Below, piece after piece: positions 31,007-32,000 of a stretch of 32,000 nt of DNA; within the stretch, counting starts at the first letter, position 1, and each line of letters begins with the position of its first letter. The translations under genes were made by a program, and so were the position numbers. The stretch lies in assembly GCF_001564455.1 (NCBI RefSeq), contig NZ_CP011391.1:1980001-2012000 (forward strand), written 5' to 3'. Below the pieces are notes generated by a model. The model made no database searches and was not told the origin of the DNA. It was given only the letters and a program-made list of their open reading frames with translations. This DNA comes from Faecalibaculum rodentium (GTDB lineage: Bacteria > Bacillota_I > Bacilli_A > Erysipelotrichales > Erysipelotrichaceae).

Positions 31007-32000
31007 CTACGCATCGCTGCGCGAGAAGGCGTTCTTCATATTGTTCGACAATGTATAGAGGACCTGCGACAGAGCTTCCTGACTGGCGGCTTCTGCCATG
31101 TCCGCGAGTTTCTGATTGGCTTCCATGCACAGCTTTACCCGGGTTTCCTCATCCGCAGCCGCGGCGATCTTCGGATCGCAGGCATCGAGAATCGCATGGG
31201 CCTCATTCATGGTCCTGTTCTGGTACCGTTCAATGATGGATGCCGTTTCCCGGTCCACTGCATCAGCCATTGCCGCGATCAGACGGCTTGTCCAATAGAA
31301 GCTGTTGGTGTTCACGTCCATTGTGGTGTCTCCCACATAAGCCGGTGTGGCGGTGATGTGCTGATAGAACGGAATCAGGGCATTGAATTCATTCGCCGCA
31401 AACGACAGCCACTCCACGGACGTGCCGTTGTGCTTCATCTGCAGCACCCCCAGGAAGGCTGTGCGGTTGATGCCAATGGTGCGGAAGGCGCCGGCCATGG
31501 ACTTGTCTCCGTGGTGCATGTAGGGATCGTAGGGCGTTCCCTGGTAGTGGCCCGCCAGGACATACTTGATGTCCTCCACCGTGATTTTCTTCTCCGGCAC
31601 CAGGGACCAGGGGATGTCGTCGCTGTCCGGCCGGAAATCTGCATCCGGACCATCCCAGACAAAGGTGTTGGGGTTGAAGTACCGCTCCATCCACCAGGCA
31701 CGTGGCGTGTTGTAGGTATGGTCTGAATCCGCATGGGACCCGAACGCCGCCCGGGGATCAAAGGCATCCCCGGGATCCATGGACAGGTCCAGGTGATTGT
31801 TCTTTACAAAGTCTTCGAGACCGGCGCTGCACAGGCAGTTTTTCTGTTCCCCTGCTGCATCCTCAAAATCAAAATAGTCGATTCCCAGCTGGTTGGGAAT
31901 CACGGCATAGGCGTTGTCCGGTACACGTCTGGCCATCCAGTGGTGACCCCCAATGGTTTCCAGGTACCAGATTTCATCCGCATCGGAGTAGCCGATGCCG
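31007..32000 (-). CDS. C69-family dipeptidase, copy 2 (N-terminus beyond the right window edge)
   Basis: ORF 31007..31936 continues in frame to the window end. The complement of 31937-32000 reads GIGYSDADEIWYLETIGGHHWMA. It is colinear with copy 1 and clearly diverged from it. Confidence 0.85.
   Translation of the reverse strand, partial: GIGYSDADEIWYLETIGGHHWMARRVPDNAYAVIPNQLGIDYFDFEDAAGEQKNCLCSAGLEDFVKNNHLDLSMDPGDAFDPRAAFGSHADSDHTYNTPRAWWMERYFNPNTFVWDGPDADFRPDSDDIPWSLVPEKKITVEDIKYVLAGHYQGTPYDPYMHHGDKSMAGAFRTIGINRTAFLGVLQMKHNGTSVEWLSFAANEFNALIPFYQHITATPAYVGDTTMDVNTNSFYWTSRLIAAMADAVDRETASIIERYQNRTMNEAHAILDACDPKIAAAADEETRVKLCMEANQKLADMAEAASQEALSQVLYTLSNNMKNAFSRSDA

Overview
GC-rich, Firmicutes-style segment (AAGGAGG-type RBSs, hairpin plus U-tract terminators; the taxon is inference only). 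Everything up to about 24.9 kb is transcribed on the minus strand.

Contents from left to right:
1. A fructan-utilisation patch with three secreted GH32 enzymes. One is a 978+ codon multi-domain enzyme that is open to the left window edge and so missing from the ORF track. The other two are tandem ~882-aa paralogues. Two Maa/LacA-type O-acetyltransferase paralogues are interleaved with them.
2. A decayed patch at 3.1-4.9 kb holding a HipA-like kinase pseudogene and a group II intron remnant.
3. Class I ribonucleotide reductase alpha and beta genes behind a long leader.
4. An AlbA_2/HATPase_c_4/wHTH regulator-like gene bracketed by 152-bp direct repeats.
5. A minus-strand operon: SIS sugar-phosphate isomerase-like, glycyl radical enzyme (GRE), GRE activase, DeoR regulator, NanE-like epimerase. 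This is my best candidate for an undescribed pathway.
6. A divergent plus-strand cluster: HAD/Cof phosphatase, C-N hydrolase, S58 (DmpA-like) peptidase, SseB-like protein.
7. A second decayed patch with a HEPN-like ORF and a TrkA-C fragment.
8. Two tandem C69 dipeptidase paralogues, the second open to the right edge.

Most long plus-strand ORFs in the track (for example 8874..11627, 21206..23917, 14604..16670) are antisense shadow ORFs. Several minus-strand entries are over-extended at the N-terminus, and I re-set their starts using RBS positions and family N-termini. All homology calls come from motif recognition by eye. No database search was run.
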